Shown: piece by piece, positions 12,553 through 25,230 of the stretch
Numbering within the stretch: the first letter of the stretch is position 1
Layout: each line of letters begins with the position of its first letter
From: Octopus bimaculoides
Lineage: Eukaryota
Direction of reading: 5' to 3'
Assembly: GCF_001194135.2 (NCBI RefSeq)
Contig: NC_069002.1
Coordinates: forward strand, 23,382,741 to 23,446,740
DNA: 64,000 bases
Notes under the pieces: generated by a model
What the model was told of the DNA's origin: nothing
Databases searched by the model: none
What the model saw: the letters and a program-made list of their open reading frames with translations, nothing else
Translations under genes and position numbers: made by a program

Positions 12553-13189
12553 TATTATTAAGGCATCTGATGCCGGCACCCCAGAACTCAAGTGCTAATG
12601 AAGTGGCAGACAGATGGCTGCAGAACAAGCAACTACCACCAGTCATCAGCAACAAATGGGGCCCCAGTGAGGGGTAGTGAGGTGAGTCTCCTTGTGAGGA
12701 GGTCTATATAAAAGTGAATAAGTCTCTGGTTTGTTTAATGGTAATAAGGCTCACTGCATTATTACCTTTAAGGCAGCGAGCCTTATTACCATTAAACCCC
12801 ATCTAATCCATTTTTCTATGACAGCATAGATTAGATGAGTTTTTTGAAGCAGGATTTTACAGCTGGATGCTCTTTTTGTCACCGACCCTCACTGTTTTTC
12901 AAGTTAGGACTGTTTTTTTTTTTATTCCACAGGTCTAGGGGGCTTTGAATAGAAGTGGTACCTTTTGATGTCTGACAGCTCTACCTTGCCTGGAATTGTC
13001 AGTCCTCGTTGAGCTTCTAATCTCTCAGTTGATGGGGCCTAGCCCCACACCCCAACACCTCACTTCAGGCGATTGTGTTAACACACACCTGTACATGAAA
13101 GACTCCAGGTAAGGCTTCCTAAGGAGTCACTGGCTTGGTCAGAGGAACCTGCTTGTGTCAACAGCCTAGTGTTCATGACCAAGGTGTGT

Positions 13190-13425
13190 TTCATGCAGAA
13201 GAATATGGTTGCGACTTGGAAAAGAATGGGTGCTGCCAAACTAACTTGCCCATGAAACGTTCGTGATGATGACAATTGGACCAGATCCCATACCAATTTG
13301 GTCATTGCCTGGGTTAGCATCAATGAGTGCACAGACCTCAGTTTCACTGATACACAAAGGACAGCAGAAAACAAAGAGATACGGTGAAATTTGGTTGTGA
13401 CAGCATCAATAAATGCCTCAATGAC
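13190..13425 (+). mobile_element. Old RTE-like LINE C-terminal remnant
   Basis: Translation ...WVSINECTDLSFTDTQRTAENKEIR*NLV resembles the RTE C-terminal pattern W..NIKEWTGLS...R.AEDR..WR.LV. Confidence 0.45.
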
Positions 13426-14616
13426 CACATGATCAAGGGATCAGAATGAAGGAAGGAGGGATTTGGAAACTATAGTGTAACCCCCTGATAGCATCAACAA
13501 GGAATGTCAACATCAGATCACCATTTCATTCAGCTGGTGACAAGCGATACTATTGAGTGTCAATATTTGCATGCACACACACATGAGAGATTTTTTGTCT
13601 ACCAAATTCACTCACATGGCATTGGTTGGTTTCAGGTTAAAGCAGAAGACACTGCCCCACCTTGCCCTGTTGTGGGACTGAACCTGAAACCAGATGGTTG
13701 CAAAGCAAACTTCCTAACCAAATAACCATAAAAATTTGGAACTTCAGAAGTTCAAAGAGATGGAATGGTTTTGTGTTTATGAATTTGTTTTGTGTTGTGA
13801 AACAAAGCAATTGCTTAGCTGTGATGACAGCATCAAAGCAGACTGGAATCTGCTAACTCATGTCAGAATGGCTTTCTTGTTTGTTGAAAGCCATGTAATG
13901 CCATAACAAAATGAGGAATTTGATTGGACAGAAGAATGAATTAATTTGCTGAAATAAAAGGCAATGTATGACAGCTAACCGAAGTATGGAACAGTGACCT
14001 CAAATCGAAAACTGACCCCTCTTCCGTCCTAGTTTCATGATTTCCTCAGGAAGTTTGACTGCATTATTCTGCAATCAGTACCAGCAGCTTTGTAACTGAT
14101 TGTAATTCAAGAATTTATCCATATTAAATGTGGATACAGCGTAGGAATGGTTAGAGGAGAAAGTGGGCGAGAGTGAATGAAAATATCTAAAACAACAATA
14201 ATTTATTTGTTAGAACACTGTTTCACAGTTGACAGTCACAAATATTTGGCAACGTTGGCGTAATAAATAGTTACCATTATTTAGTTCCAGTTCCATCAAC
14301 ATGTAAGTTCAAATTCTGTAAGCATCTTTAAGTTTCTAGATTGACAAAGTAGATATTAGGAATATTCAGTCTTCTGTATTACAACCCTGAGAAAGTGCTT
14401 TCTCAGAAGGTGTGGCAGTGTGGTAAGAAGTTTGTTTTTTCAACCACATGGTTCTAGGTTCAATCCCACTGTACAGCAGCATGGGCAAGTGTCTTCTACT
14501 ATAACCTCAACCAACTAAAGCCTTGTGAGTGGATTTGGTAGATGGAAACTGAAAGAAGCCTGTCATATATGTGTGTGTGTTTATGTGTTTGTGTTTGTGC
14601 ATGTGTGTGTGCCTGT

Positions 14617-14663
<47 letters not shown>

Positions 14664-15874
14664 TTCCCTACCACCACTTGACAACTGGTGTTGGTGTGTT
14701 TATGTCCCTATAACTTAGTGGTCTGGCAAAAGAAACTGATAGAATAAATACCAGGCTTTAAAAAAAATGAATACTTGCCTTAGTTAATTTAACTAAAATT
14801 CTCCAACGTGGTGCTCCAGCATGGCCACCACAGTCTATAATAACTGAAACAAGTCAAAGATAGAAGATAATAATGGTTGTAGTGGTGGTGGTGGTGGTGG
14901 TGGTGGTGGTGGTGGTGGTGGTTTTGATTCTAGTTTAGGCAGAAGGCCAACAATTTAGAGGGGAGGGACAGGTTGACACCACCAACCCCCAGTAATTGAC
15001 TGTATTTTATCAACCCCCTTGAAAGAATGAAATAGAGTTAACCTTAATTTCTTTTGGTACTCAATATGAAGAACAGGAACAAATACTGTAAGACATTTTT
15101 GATTGATGCTAGTTTCAGACATGGTGGTCATATTTGGAACATACAGTCCCAATATGGAAATATCATTGAGCAGTGGTTTGAATTCCTGCATCTTTTATAA
15201 ATAAATTTCATTGAATCAGAGAGACAATTCACAATGTTTATAAAGAATCTGTTAAATATCGCAAAAACTTACAAGGTTCCAGTATTCTGTAACATTTCTT
15301 TTAAGTTTGTGGCAAAGCATTTTTCAAGTAGCCTAAGGTTTCTGCCAGCTTGCCTTAATGATAATAATAATAATAATGATAATAATAAAAATAATATTCT
15401 TTTCCTATTCAGAAATTTCTTCTTTCCTTTTTCTTTTTTATTTCTTTTCTTTTTTTTTTTCTATCACATGATTTGTAAATGCAGAATCTAGTATGTTTAT
15501 TTTAATGGCCTACTGATGTATGCAGAGAGTTTCTTTACCCTAGGTGCCGGGAAGACACTCTGCTAGAAATGGAAATAAAATTGAAAGAAAAGGATAATGG
15601 TTAATAGTAATAATTGTTTCTGTTATAGGCACAAGGCCTGAAATTTTGCGAAGGGAGTAAGTCGATTACATTGACTCCATTGCTCAACTAATACTTATCG
15701 ACTTCGAAAGGATTAAAGGCTAAGTCGACCTTGGCAGAATTTGAACTCAGAACATAAGAATGGACGAAATACTGCAAAGCATTTTGCCTGGTGTGCTAAT
15801 GATTCTGCCTGCTCACTACCTTAATGACAACAACAATAATAAAAATAATAGTGACAATAATATTAATAATGATA

Positions 15875-16484
15875 GTCCTGGCTAAGAAAGAATATATTCA
15901 CAGACATGACAGAGCTGGGACCTATATACACTGGAAGCTATGCCAACACTATGGAATAACAACAGAAAAAAGATGGTATAAACACACGCCAGAAAAAGTC
16001 ACAGAAAACGCGAAAGCAACCATACTCTGGGATATGCCAAGACACACAGATAGAAAAATTAAGGCCAATAGACCAGATATAGTTGTCAAAGATCATGAAG
16101 GAAAAAATGCTTTCTAATTGATGTATCAATACCAGCAGATAACAACGTTTCTCTAAAAGAAATGGAAAAACTTTCAAAATACAAAGACCTGGAAATAGAG
16201 GTAACTCGAATGTGGAATCTAAAGACAGAAACAATTCCTATCATAGTAGGTGCCTTAGGTATAATAAAAAAATATTCAGACAAATACATAACAAAAACAC
16301 CAGTACTTACAAATATATATAACATACAGAAAATTGTACTACTGGGCACAGCACACATCCTACGCAAAACACTTTCAATACATTAACCATAAGAGGACCA
16401 CAGCAAACCACAGCACATACCCAAGGCACACAGAGCTGCGCTCGGTAGTGAAGTGAAAGCACGTTATAAAAATAAAGCTACTGA
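15875..16484 (+). mobile_element. R4/Dong-like non-LTR retrotransposon 3' fragment (restriction-like endonuclease)
   Basis: KEYIHRHD...IHWKLC...ILWD...NRPDIVVKD/LIDVSIP..KEMEKLSKYKDL..IIVGALG..LGTAHILRKTL*. One frameshift near 16105; the 3' UTR ends ctactga followed by (AAT)n. Confidence 0.9.
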
Positions 16485-16502
16485 ATAATAATAATAATAA
16501 TA

Positions 16503-16888
16503 ACAGGCTGTGTAGTAAGTAGCTTGCTTACCAACCACATGGTCCCGAGTTCAGTCCCACTGCGTGGCACCTTGGGCCAGTGTCTTCTGCTATAACCATG
16601 GGCCAACCAATGCTTTGTGAGTGGATTTGGTAGACGGACACTGGAAAAAGCCCATTGTATATGTATATATATGTATGTGAATATGTTTGTTCCCCCCAAC
16701 ATAACTTGACAACCGATGCTGGTGTGTTTAAGTCCTCTTAACTTAATGGTTTGGCAAAAGACCCCGATAGGATAAGTACTAGGCTTACAAAGAATAAGCT
16801 CTGGGGTTGATTTGCTCGACTAAAGGCAGTGCTCCAGCATGGCCGCAGTCAAAATGATTGAAACAAGTAAAAGAGAGTAAAAGAGAAT
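16503..16888 (+). mobile_element. tRNA-derived CORE-like SINE, family B (plus copies also at 7377-7768, 14410-14870, 23163-23562, 51440-51625, 53805-53862)
   Basis: B-box-like gttcagtccc, CORE-like accttgggcaagtgtcttctactatagcc, an internal (TA/TG)n tract and tail gctccagcatggccgcagtcaaatgactgaaacaagtaaaaga. Confidence 0.8.
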
Positions 16889-16892
16889 ATCA

Positions 16893-17715
16893 GTTTCAAA
16901 TTTTGACACAAAGCTAACAGTTTCATTGGAGCGGGTAAGGTGATTACATCGACCCCAGTATGCGACTGGTACTTAATTTATCGATCCTGAAAGGCTGAAA
17001 GGCAAAGCTGACCTTGGCAGAATTTGAACTCAGAACGTAAAGATTGACAATGTGCCACTAAGCATTTTGCTTGGCATCCCAATGATTCTGCCAGCTTTCC
17101 ACCTTAATAATAGTAATAATCCTTTCTGCTGGAGGCACAAGGCCTCACATTTGTGAGGAGGGGACTATTTGATTATATTGACCCCAGTGTTTCACTGGTA
17201 CTTAATTTATTAACCCCGAAGGGACGAAAGGTAGAATCGACCTCGGCAGAATTTGAACTTAGAACGTAATCGTTTCTACTCCAGGCACAAGGCCTGAAAT
17301 TTTGTGAGAGGGGGCCAGTCGATTAGATCAACCCCAGTACGCAACTGGTACTCAATCTATTGACCCCGAGAGGATGAAAGGTAAAGTCGACCTCGGCAGA
17401 ATTTGAACTCAGAATGTAATGGCAGACGAAATGCTGCTAAGCATTTTGCCCAGCAGGCTAACGACTCTGCCAGCTCGCAACCTTAATGACAATGATAATC
17501 CTTTCTCTTAAAGGTACAAAGCCTGAAGTTTGGTAGGAGGGGATGAATCACTTATATTGACTCCAGCATTTCTCTGATACTTAATTTATTGACCCTGAAA
17601 AGATGAAAAGCAAAGTTGATCTCGGCAGAATTTGAACTCAGAATGTAAAGACAGACGAAATGCCGCTAAGCATCTTGTCTGGCATGTTAACAATTCTGCC
17701 AGCAAATACCACCTT
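16893..17715 (-). mobile_element. Head-to-tail array of four family A SINEs
   Basis: Units at about 16893-17105, 17118-17275 (5'-truncated), 17270-17484 and 17496-17715, each with aggatgaaaggcaaagtcgacctcggcagaatttgaactcagaa-like core. Confidence 0.9.
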
Positions 17716-17764
17716 AATAATAATAATAATAATAATAATAATAGTAATAATAATAATAGTAATA

Positions 17765-17799
<35 letters not shown>

Positions 17800-17801
<2 letters not shown>

Positions 17802-18791
17802 AGTATTTAAGGAAGCTGACAAATACAAACAAGAAATCAATCTACCTAACAAATACGAAGAAGNNNNNNNNNNNNNNNNNNNNNNNNNNNNNNNNNNNNN
17901 NNNNNNNNNNNNNNNNNNNNNNNNNNNNNNNNNNNNNNNNNNNNNNNNNNNNNNNNNNNNNNNNNNNNNNNNNNNNNNNNNNNNNNNNNNNNNNNNNNNN
18001 NNNNNNNNNNNNNNNNNNNNNNNNNNNNNNNNNNNNNNNNNNNNNNNNNNNNNNNNNNNNNNNNNNNNNNNNNNNNNNNNNNNNNNNNNNNNNNNNNNNN
18101 NNNNNNNNNNNNNNNNNNNNNNNNNNNNNNNNNNNNNNNNNNNNNNNNNNNNNNNNNNNNNNNNNNNNNNNNNNNNNNNNNNNNNNNNNNNNNNNNNNNN
18201 NNNNNNNNNNNNNNNNNNNNNNNNNNNNNNNNNNNNNNNNNNNNNNNNNNNNNNNNNNNNNNNNNNNNNNNNNNNNNNNNNNNNNNNNNNNNNNNNNNNN
18301 NNNNNNNNNNNNNNNNNNNNNNNNNNNNNNNNNNNNNNNNNNNNNNNNNNNNNNNNNNNNNNNNNNNNNNNNNNNNNNNNNNNNNNNNNNNNNNNNNNNN
18401 NNGAAGAAAAAAAATGCTTTCTAATTGATGTATCAATACCAGCAGATGACAACGTTTCTCAAAAAGAACTGGAAAAACTTTCAAAATACAAAGACCTGGA
18501 AATAGAGATAACTCGAATGTGGAGTCTAAAAACAGAAACAATTCCTATCATAGTAGGTGCCTTAGGTATAATAAAAAAATATTCAGACAAATACATAACA
18601 AAAACACCAGTACTTACAAATATATATAACATACAGAAAATTGCACTACTGGGTACTGCACACATTCTACGCAAAACACTTTCAATACAGTAAACATAAG
18701 AGCACCACAGTAAACCACAGCACATACCCAAGGCGCACAGAGCTGCGCTCGGTAGTGAAGTGAAAGCACGTTATAAAAATAAAACTACTGA
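17800..18791 (+). mobile_element. R4/Dong-like 3' fragment spanning a gap
   Basis: TVFKEADKYKQEINL before the gap; CFLIDVSIPADDN...HILRKTLSIQ* and the same 3' UTR after it; (AAT)n on both sides. Confidence 0.88.
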
Positions 18792-19646
18792 ACAATAATA
18801 ATAATAATAATCCTTTCTACATTGTTTTGTCTTGGTATAAAAGATCGACTACAGCAAATAGCCATGTGTTGTGAGGAATTCTTTGGGGTTTGGATAATTC
18901 ACGTTTGGAAACATGGGTGTTTTGTTCAACATCCTTGAACAACTCATATTCAGGGACTTTTTGAGTAGGATGGGCTACTTGACATGAAGAAAATTCTAAC
19001 TGGGTCCCACCTGCAAGGTCATGCGCTGTTTATCTTGAAATAAGATTACCGTGTTGCACACATATGGTTGTGATGTATGTGACTGATGTACCCATTCAGA
19101 CGGGTAGTCATGATGGGTATACTGGGCTTCGTATAATTGTACCCCAGTATAATTTTGATGGCATGTGCTGCTCTCTCACTCAGTAATAATAACAATAATA
19201 ATAGTTTCAAATTTTTGGTAGAGGGCCATCAGTTTTGGGGGGAGTATCAATTGGTACTTATTTTGCTGACCCTCAAAGGATGACAGTAAAAGTCAACCTC
19301 ATTGGCATTTGAACTCAGAACATAAAACTAGAAGAAATGCTGGGGCAACAACGATTCTGTCAGCTAATAATAATAATAATACTGTGATCAGATGGAACTG
19401 CAGTTTGCTGTACAAAATAGCAGCTAGTGTTGTTATCCTACATTACAAATTGAAATTAGCTTGAAGGCCCTACCCTACCCCCTGCCTTCCAAAATTGTAA
19501 CAGAAATCAAACATATGTGGAAATATACAGTTTTGATTATAACACAGATGAAATGGCACTGGCAGGGGGAAATGGGGAAGAAAGAAAATACCCCCAGAAT
19601 TGAAATGGTTCTTAACCTACATATATATGTACGTACATACATACAT

Positions 19647-19733
<87 letters not shown>

Positions 19734-19944
19734 TAAATGTGTATATATATACATGTCTATATATATAAATATGTGTATATAAATATCTATAATATTTATA
19801 TATGTGTGTGTGTATATATATATATATGTATATGTGTGTATATATATGTATATATACATATATGTATATATATATGTATGTGCACATATATTTATGTCTG
19901 TGTATATGTATATTTATATGTGCATATAAATATGTATATATATT

Positions 19945-19986
<42 letters not shown>

Positions 19987-21273
19987 NNNNNNNNNNNNNN
20001 NNNNNNNNNNNNNNNNNNNNNNNNNNNNNNNNNNNNNNNNNNNNNNNNNNNNNNNNNNNNNNNNNNNNNNNNNNNNNNNNNNNNNNNNNNNNNNNNNNNN
20101 NNNNNNNNNNNNNNNNNNNNNNNNNNNNNNNNNNNNNNNNNNNNNNNNNNNNNNNNNNNNNNNNNNNNNNNNNNNNNNNNNNNNNNNNNNNNNNNNNNNN
20201 NNNNNNNNNNNNNNNNNNNNNATATGTATATTTATATGTGCATATAAATATGTATATATATTTATATACATATATATATATACATGCAAATATACTATAA
20301 AAACTCTCTTTGGAACGATTTTATTTATATTCTGTCAATTTTCACTGCCATCCGAAATGAATTAATTACAGCTTTTCATTTTTGATAAATGAATTGTCAA
20401 GTTGCAAGTGAAAAATAGCATATTTTTTGAAACTTTTATTTTTATTTCATTATTTTTGTTGTTGTTGTTCTATAGTTTATTGTCGAAAGAAACAACTGTG
20501 CCAACAATAACAACAATATGCTAACAAAAATGCTTGCAACATAAAATGTTTATGCAAGCTGTAGTAACAGGAGAAAATGTTCAAAACACCAAAAAAGGTT
20601 ACTGCTAAAAATAATATGTATACATATACATACGTAATTATATGTATGCATGTATATATACATATACATACATGCATATATATGTGTGTGTGTGATAGGA
20701 AATAAATTAGAATAAAGTAAAAAAAAAAAACTGATGTTATGCAATGAAAATAGGAGAATATGGATATGGTTTATTTGGAAAATTGTGTATTTGTACTCAT
20801 TGTTATTCTTTCCTCCCTGACACTACTGCTCCCTATAAACCTATTGATCAGTTTATGAAAGAGCTATGGTGGTGGTGGTGGTGGTGGTGGTGGGCTCAGA
20901 GCTATCAGTGTCAGCAAAAACAGTCAAACACTTCACTAAATGACTTACAGCAACCGTCTTGGTTGTTTCATTGCTAATTTCTCACCGTATTTCTCTCGTT
21001 CCCACTGTCTGTCTGTGTGTCTCCTGTTGATCTTATCTTTTATTCTTGATGTTTATTATTGATTTTTTTAAATTTTTACTTGTCACAGTCATTGGACTTG
21101 GACCATGCTGGAGCATTGTCTTAAAGGATTTAGTCAAACAAATTGACCCCACTATTTATTCTATTAAGTTTGGTACTTATTAGAGATGTAAACAAACCAA
21201 CACTGGTTGTCAAGCAGTGAGTGGAGGCGGGGGAGGCAGACACAAATGAAAAACACCTGCACATATACATATA

Positions 21274-21334
<61 letters not shown>

Positions 21335-21627
21335 TTAGAATAGGCTTCTTTCAGTTTCTACTAAATTCGCTCACTGCTTACCCATGCAAACACGGAAAAA
21401 TAATTATGATGATAGCAGTAATGATGATAATGATGCCATTGATGAGGGAAAAACAGGAAGCCTTCCTTCAATGGTTTGTTATTCAGCCTCCACCTAACAA
21501 GGCTTAGTTTAAGCAGAAGAGATTTGAGCAACATGTTCCTCTTTGGAATTGAACTATAACACTGTGTAGTTATGAAACCACCTTCTGAAACACACAGCCA
21601 TGCCAACACCCTTTCATTCAACTAAAC

Positions 21628-22146
21628 CAGGGATTCTCAACCATTATTTATTTATTCTGGTGGACTCTCATAGCCATTCAATGTTTTAAAACTAGTTTTA
21701 TAGAAATGTCTTTCAAAATTTCTATTTTGTTTTTGACACCTTAACTTGTGTAGGTTGAACTACGTAAAATGTTAGAAAGAAGAAAATTACTATTTTTAAA
21801 TCTCACAACGTGAGATATTCAGCAACAGTACTTTGTAGTAAAGATTGTTTGCCAACATAACATGGCAGTCCTGGTTTAGGACGAATGTTGCAGTAATTTA
21901 GCCCAGGGACATCATTTCCAGCTGGTTATACGACACGATCTGTGTCCTTATATTTTCAAACAAGTGAAAGAATCCTAGCTTTTAGAGAAAGAAACCTTGC
22001 TGTTTCTTGCAATACATACCAATAGATACATCTGAAGCAAAATTTTTTCAGGGGCCCTTAAAATATCTGAATCCCCAGTGTACCATTTTTGTTACATGGA
22101 CCCCCCCCCCTCCAAATCTTATATGGACCCTGGTTGAGAACCACTT
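21628..22146. mobile_element. hAT-like MITE containing a family H fragment
   Basis: TIR-like ends cagggattctcaacc and ggttgagaaccact; no clear target-site duplication (TSD). Confidence 0.55.
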
Positions 22147-22579
22147 TGTTTTCTCATGAAATAAGTTGTCCTTGTGTCTAATTAAATAAATTTATATTCC
22201 AAGAGTAAAGTAGTAAGTAGCAAGAAGCATATATTTTTGGTGGTAAGTTATGGCAAATCAGATCTCTCGCCTGAATCACATAGATTTTCTTCCACCATGT
22301 CAGATAATTGAAACTGTTTTGATAAAATGAAATAAATGTGGAACAGCTTGAATCACAGTGCACTTATTATATACATTATAACGCACACACACAACACACA
22401 CACATTGGTACTGTGCATAGTATCAGGTATCACGTTGGTTAGGTGGGAACACTTGGCACTGTTTGAACAAAGTGAATGTAATCAAACGATTGCAGTAACT
22501 CTCTTCTTTTCAGATGTAGATATAGACATCAAACACCCCATATACACTGCCAGGCACTTCCTTCTTCCTGCTTTGGAAA

Positions 22580-22740
22580 AGACTGGGTTATCATCGTTAA
22601 CATTGGTATAATGAACGACAGAACTGGGAGGATTGTAGAAGTACCATAGTTGAGGCAAGCAAATGTGTGTTTTGTGCAGGAGATAAGATGGTGGGAAGCC
22701 TCAGCTGAATACCTAACAGGTAAAGAACATGTTGTTAAGG
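22580..22740 (+). mobile_element. RTE LINE AP-endonuclease N-terminal fragment
   Basis: IVNIGIMNDRTGRIVEV..RQANVCFVQEIRW matches the APE motif N(V/I)GTM.GR..E.......D.CCVQE.RW. Confidence 0.65.
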
Positions 22741-24609
22741 ACAGCATTAGTTGATTACAATTTTGATTGCTTACATTTAGAATATGATCAACAACCTGAA
22801 TTTGTTTTATGATGTGGAGAAATCACAACGATATTTGCCAATAATGTCTGTTTTGACAGAATATCAATAGTCTTTGTGGTGGATGTTGAAATCTCGACAT
22901 ATGTAGATGTCAGCCAATGGACATAACTAAAATTTTATCAATTTAGTGTGTAGTTAGATCAATAACTGCACAACCATAATTCTGAGGTTTGTAAAGAGTA
23001 AATATAAAAAGCATGTAGAAAAGCCAGTCTGAAGAATATGATGGTAAGTCAACACCTTCAAGAAGTATATTCCTACTGTCTAGTGATTGAGGTATATGAT
23101 CAGGGTAAGCATGAGGATTCATGTTAACAATTTGGGGTGTTAAACTCCCTCTTTGATATTTTTGGGTGTGGCTGTGTGGTAAGAAGCTTGCTTCCCAATC
23201 ACATGGTTCTGAGTTCAGTCCCACTGCATAGCAAGTCTCTTCTACTATAGCCTCAGGCTGACCGAAGCCTTGTGAATGGATTTGGTAGATGGAAACTGAA
23301 AGAAGCCTGTCGTGTATATATATGTATGTATGTATTTGTGTGCGTGTGTCTTTGTGTCTGTGTTTGTCCCCCCACCATTGCTCGACATCCAATGTAGATG
23401 TGTTTGCGTCCCCGTAACTTGGTGGTTTGGCAGAAGAGACCAATGGAAGAAGTACTAGTCTTACAGAGAATAAGTCATGGGGTCGATTTTTTCAACTAAA
23501 AGAACCCTTAAAGGCAGTGCTCCAGCATGGCTGAAGTCAAATGACTGAAAGAAGTAAAAGAAACTAAAAAAAGAACAAATTCTAGAATCTTATTTGGATT
23601 TTTTATTCTTTTCTGTCTCAAATTGATTGTCTTATGTGAAATAGGCCACCACTTTCTAATATGGACCTTTGCTAAAGAAAGCCTCATCATCATCAGCAGC
23701 AGCAGCAGCAGCAACAATATTGTCACCATCGTCGTCTTTGTCATCATCATCATCATTGTCATCATTGTTGCCATCATGATTACATCATTGTCAGTATCAT
23801 GTCATCATCATCAGTACCATTGTCATTGTTATCATTATAATTATTATTGCCTTCATTGTTGTTATAACCATCATCATCATCATCATTGCCATTACCACCA
23901 CCATCACCCCAATCATCATCACCAACTGTCTGAGCCCAGGATCTGAACACTTGTCCTCTGCAAGTCACTCTGTATCACCATCCATACTCCCGTCCCCACA
24001 TTTTCCCAGAACCACACTGTTACAGTGCCACAGTGCCACAATCAATATCTGAGAACACCTTCTGGCCTTTGAACTTTTTTACTCTGGAATAAGTGAATCT
24101 CCAGTTGAAGAACATCACCACTTTCTCTCAATGAATTCCTCAATGGATTTCAATTTAAAACTTCGTAAAAAATACTACTTCATTAAGTCTTTTTTCTTTT
24201 TCCTCCTCACTTTACTTGCCTTCCTTCTTTCTTTTCTTCTTTCTCCTCCTCACTCAACTTACCTTCCTTCTTTCTCTTCTTCTTCTTCTCCCTCCTCCAC
24301 CACCCACATCATCATCATTGTTATCAGTTGTCTAGGTGTTGCAAGGGCTTCTCACAAAAACTATTATTTTCAACACCCCCTACCACCACCACCGCCACTT
24401 AAAAAAATAAAAGTATAAAAAAAAAGAGAAGAGAAACCATATCAATTACAGAGTTAATTATACACTATGTTAACGAAGAATTGTATCTGAATATTGGCAA
24501 TTATTGAAATAGAAGCAGCACCTCTTGAATGGTAGTAGTGATCATGATATTGTATAAGACAGAAGAAATGGTTCATCAGCATCTATCATCCAGTGAAGCT
24601 TATTGTATG

Positions 24610-25140
24610 GATCACCTTGACTCATTCTCTCCAGTCTGTTCGGTCTGCCATTGCATGTGGCAGGTCTTCTTGCATGCATTCAGAATCCTTGCACGTTTGC
24701 TTTAAATAAGTTCAATGTGGTCTATCAACGTTTTCACACCCATGCTTTGGGTCACTGATGATCTCATCTTTGCTCTTCAGCAATGTCCAGCGAATCTTAT
24801 TCTTTCTCAGATGATGTGTCATATTGGTGGTAAATTACCATAGAGAAGTTCTTTCATAGTGTGTTGTCTCCAGGAGATGTCTATAACAGCTTGAAGCATT
24901 CTTGTAGAAGTTCTGCCAATTTTCTTTTCAAGCTGCTTTGTTAGAGTCCGTGTTGTACACATCCATACAGGAGAACTGACTGCACGACCATCTGCAAGAA
25001 ATTACATTCAAAATTTAATTGTAGCTTAGATTTCCAGACCATTGATAATTTGTGTAAAGCTGTTCAGTCATTGCCAATTTGGACAAGAACATCACTTGTG
25101 TACAAATGGTTGCAACTTGAAATTATTCTACAATTGACAC
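24610..25140 (-). mobile_element. RTE/RTE-X LINE RT C-terminal fragment
   Basis: Degenerate translation LHKLSMVWKS...VQSVLLYGCTTRTLTKQLEKKI..TRMLQAVIDISWRQH..LYGNLPPI..RIRFAGHC...DLPHAMADRTDWRE. Confidence 0.8.
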
Positions 25141-25230
25141 AATACTGTGGAACTGTGTTTATTGGATATGAGGTTTAAGTGTTGTACAAAAAGTGATGTG
25201 AAAGTGGACATAAATGATTTCATTAACTCA

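Noticed and set aside
19904-20280. Identical segment of about 58 bp on both sides of the gap at 19987-20221
   Set aside because: Most likely overlapping contig ends left unmerged, not a biological duplication.
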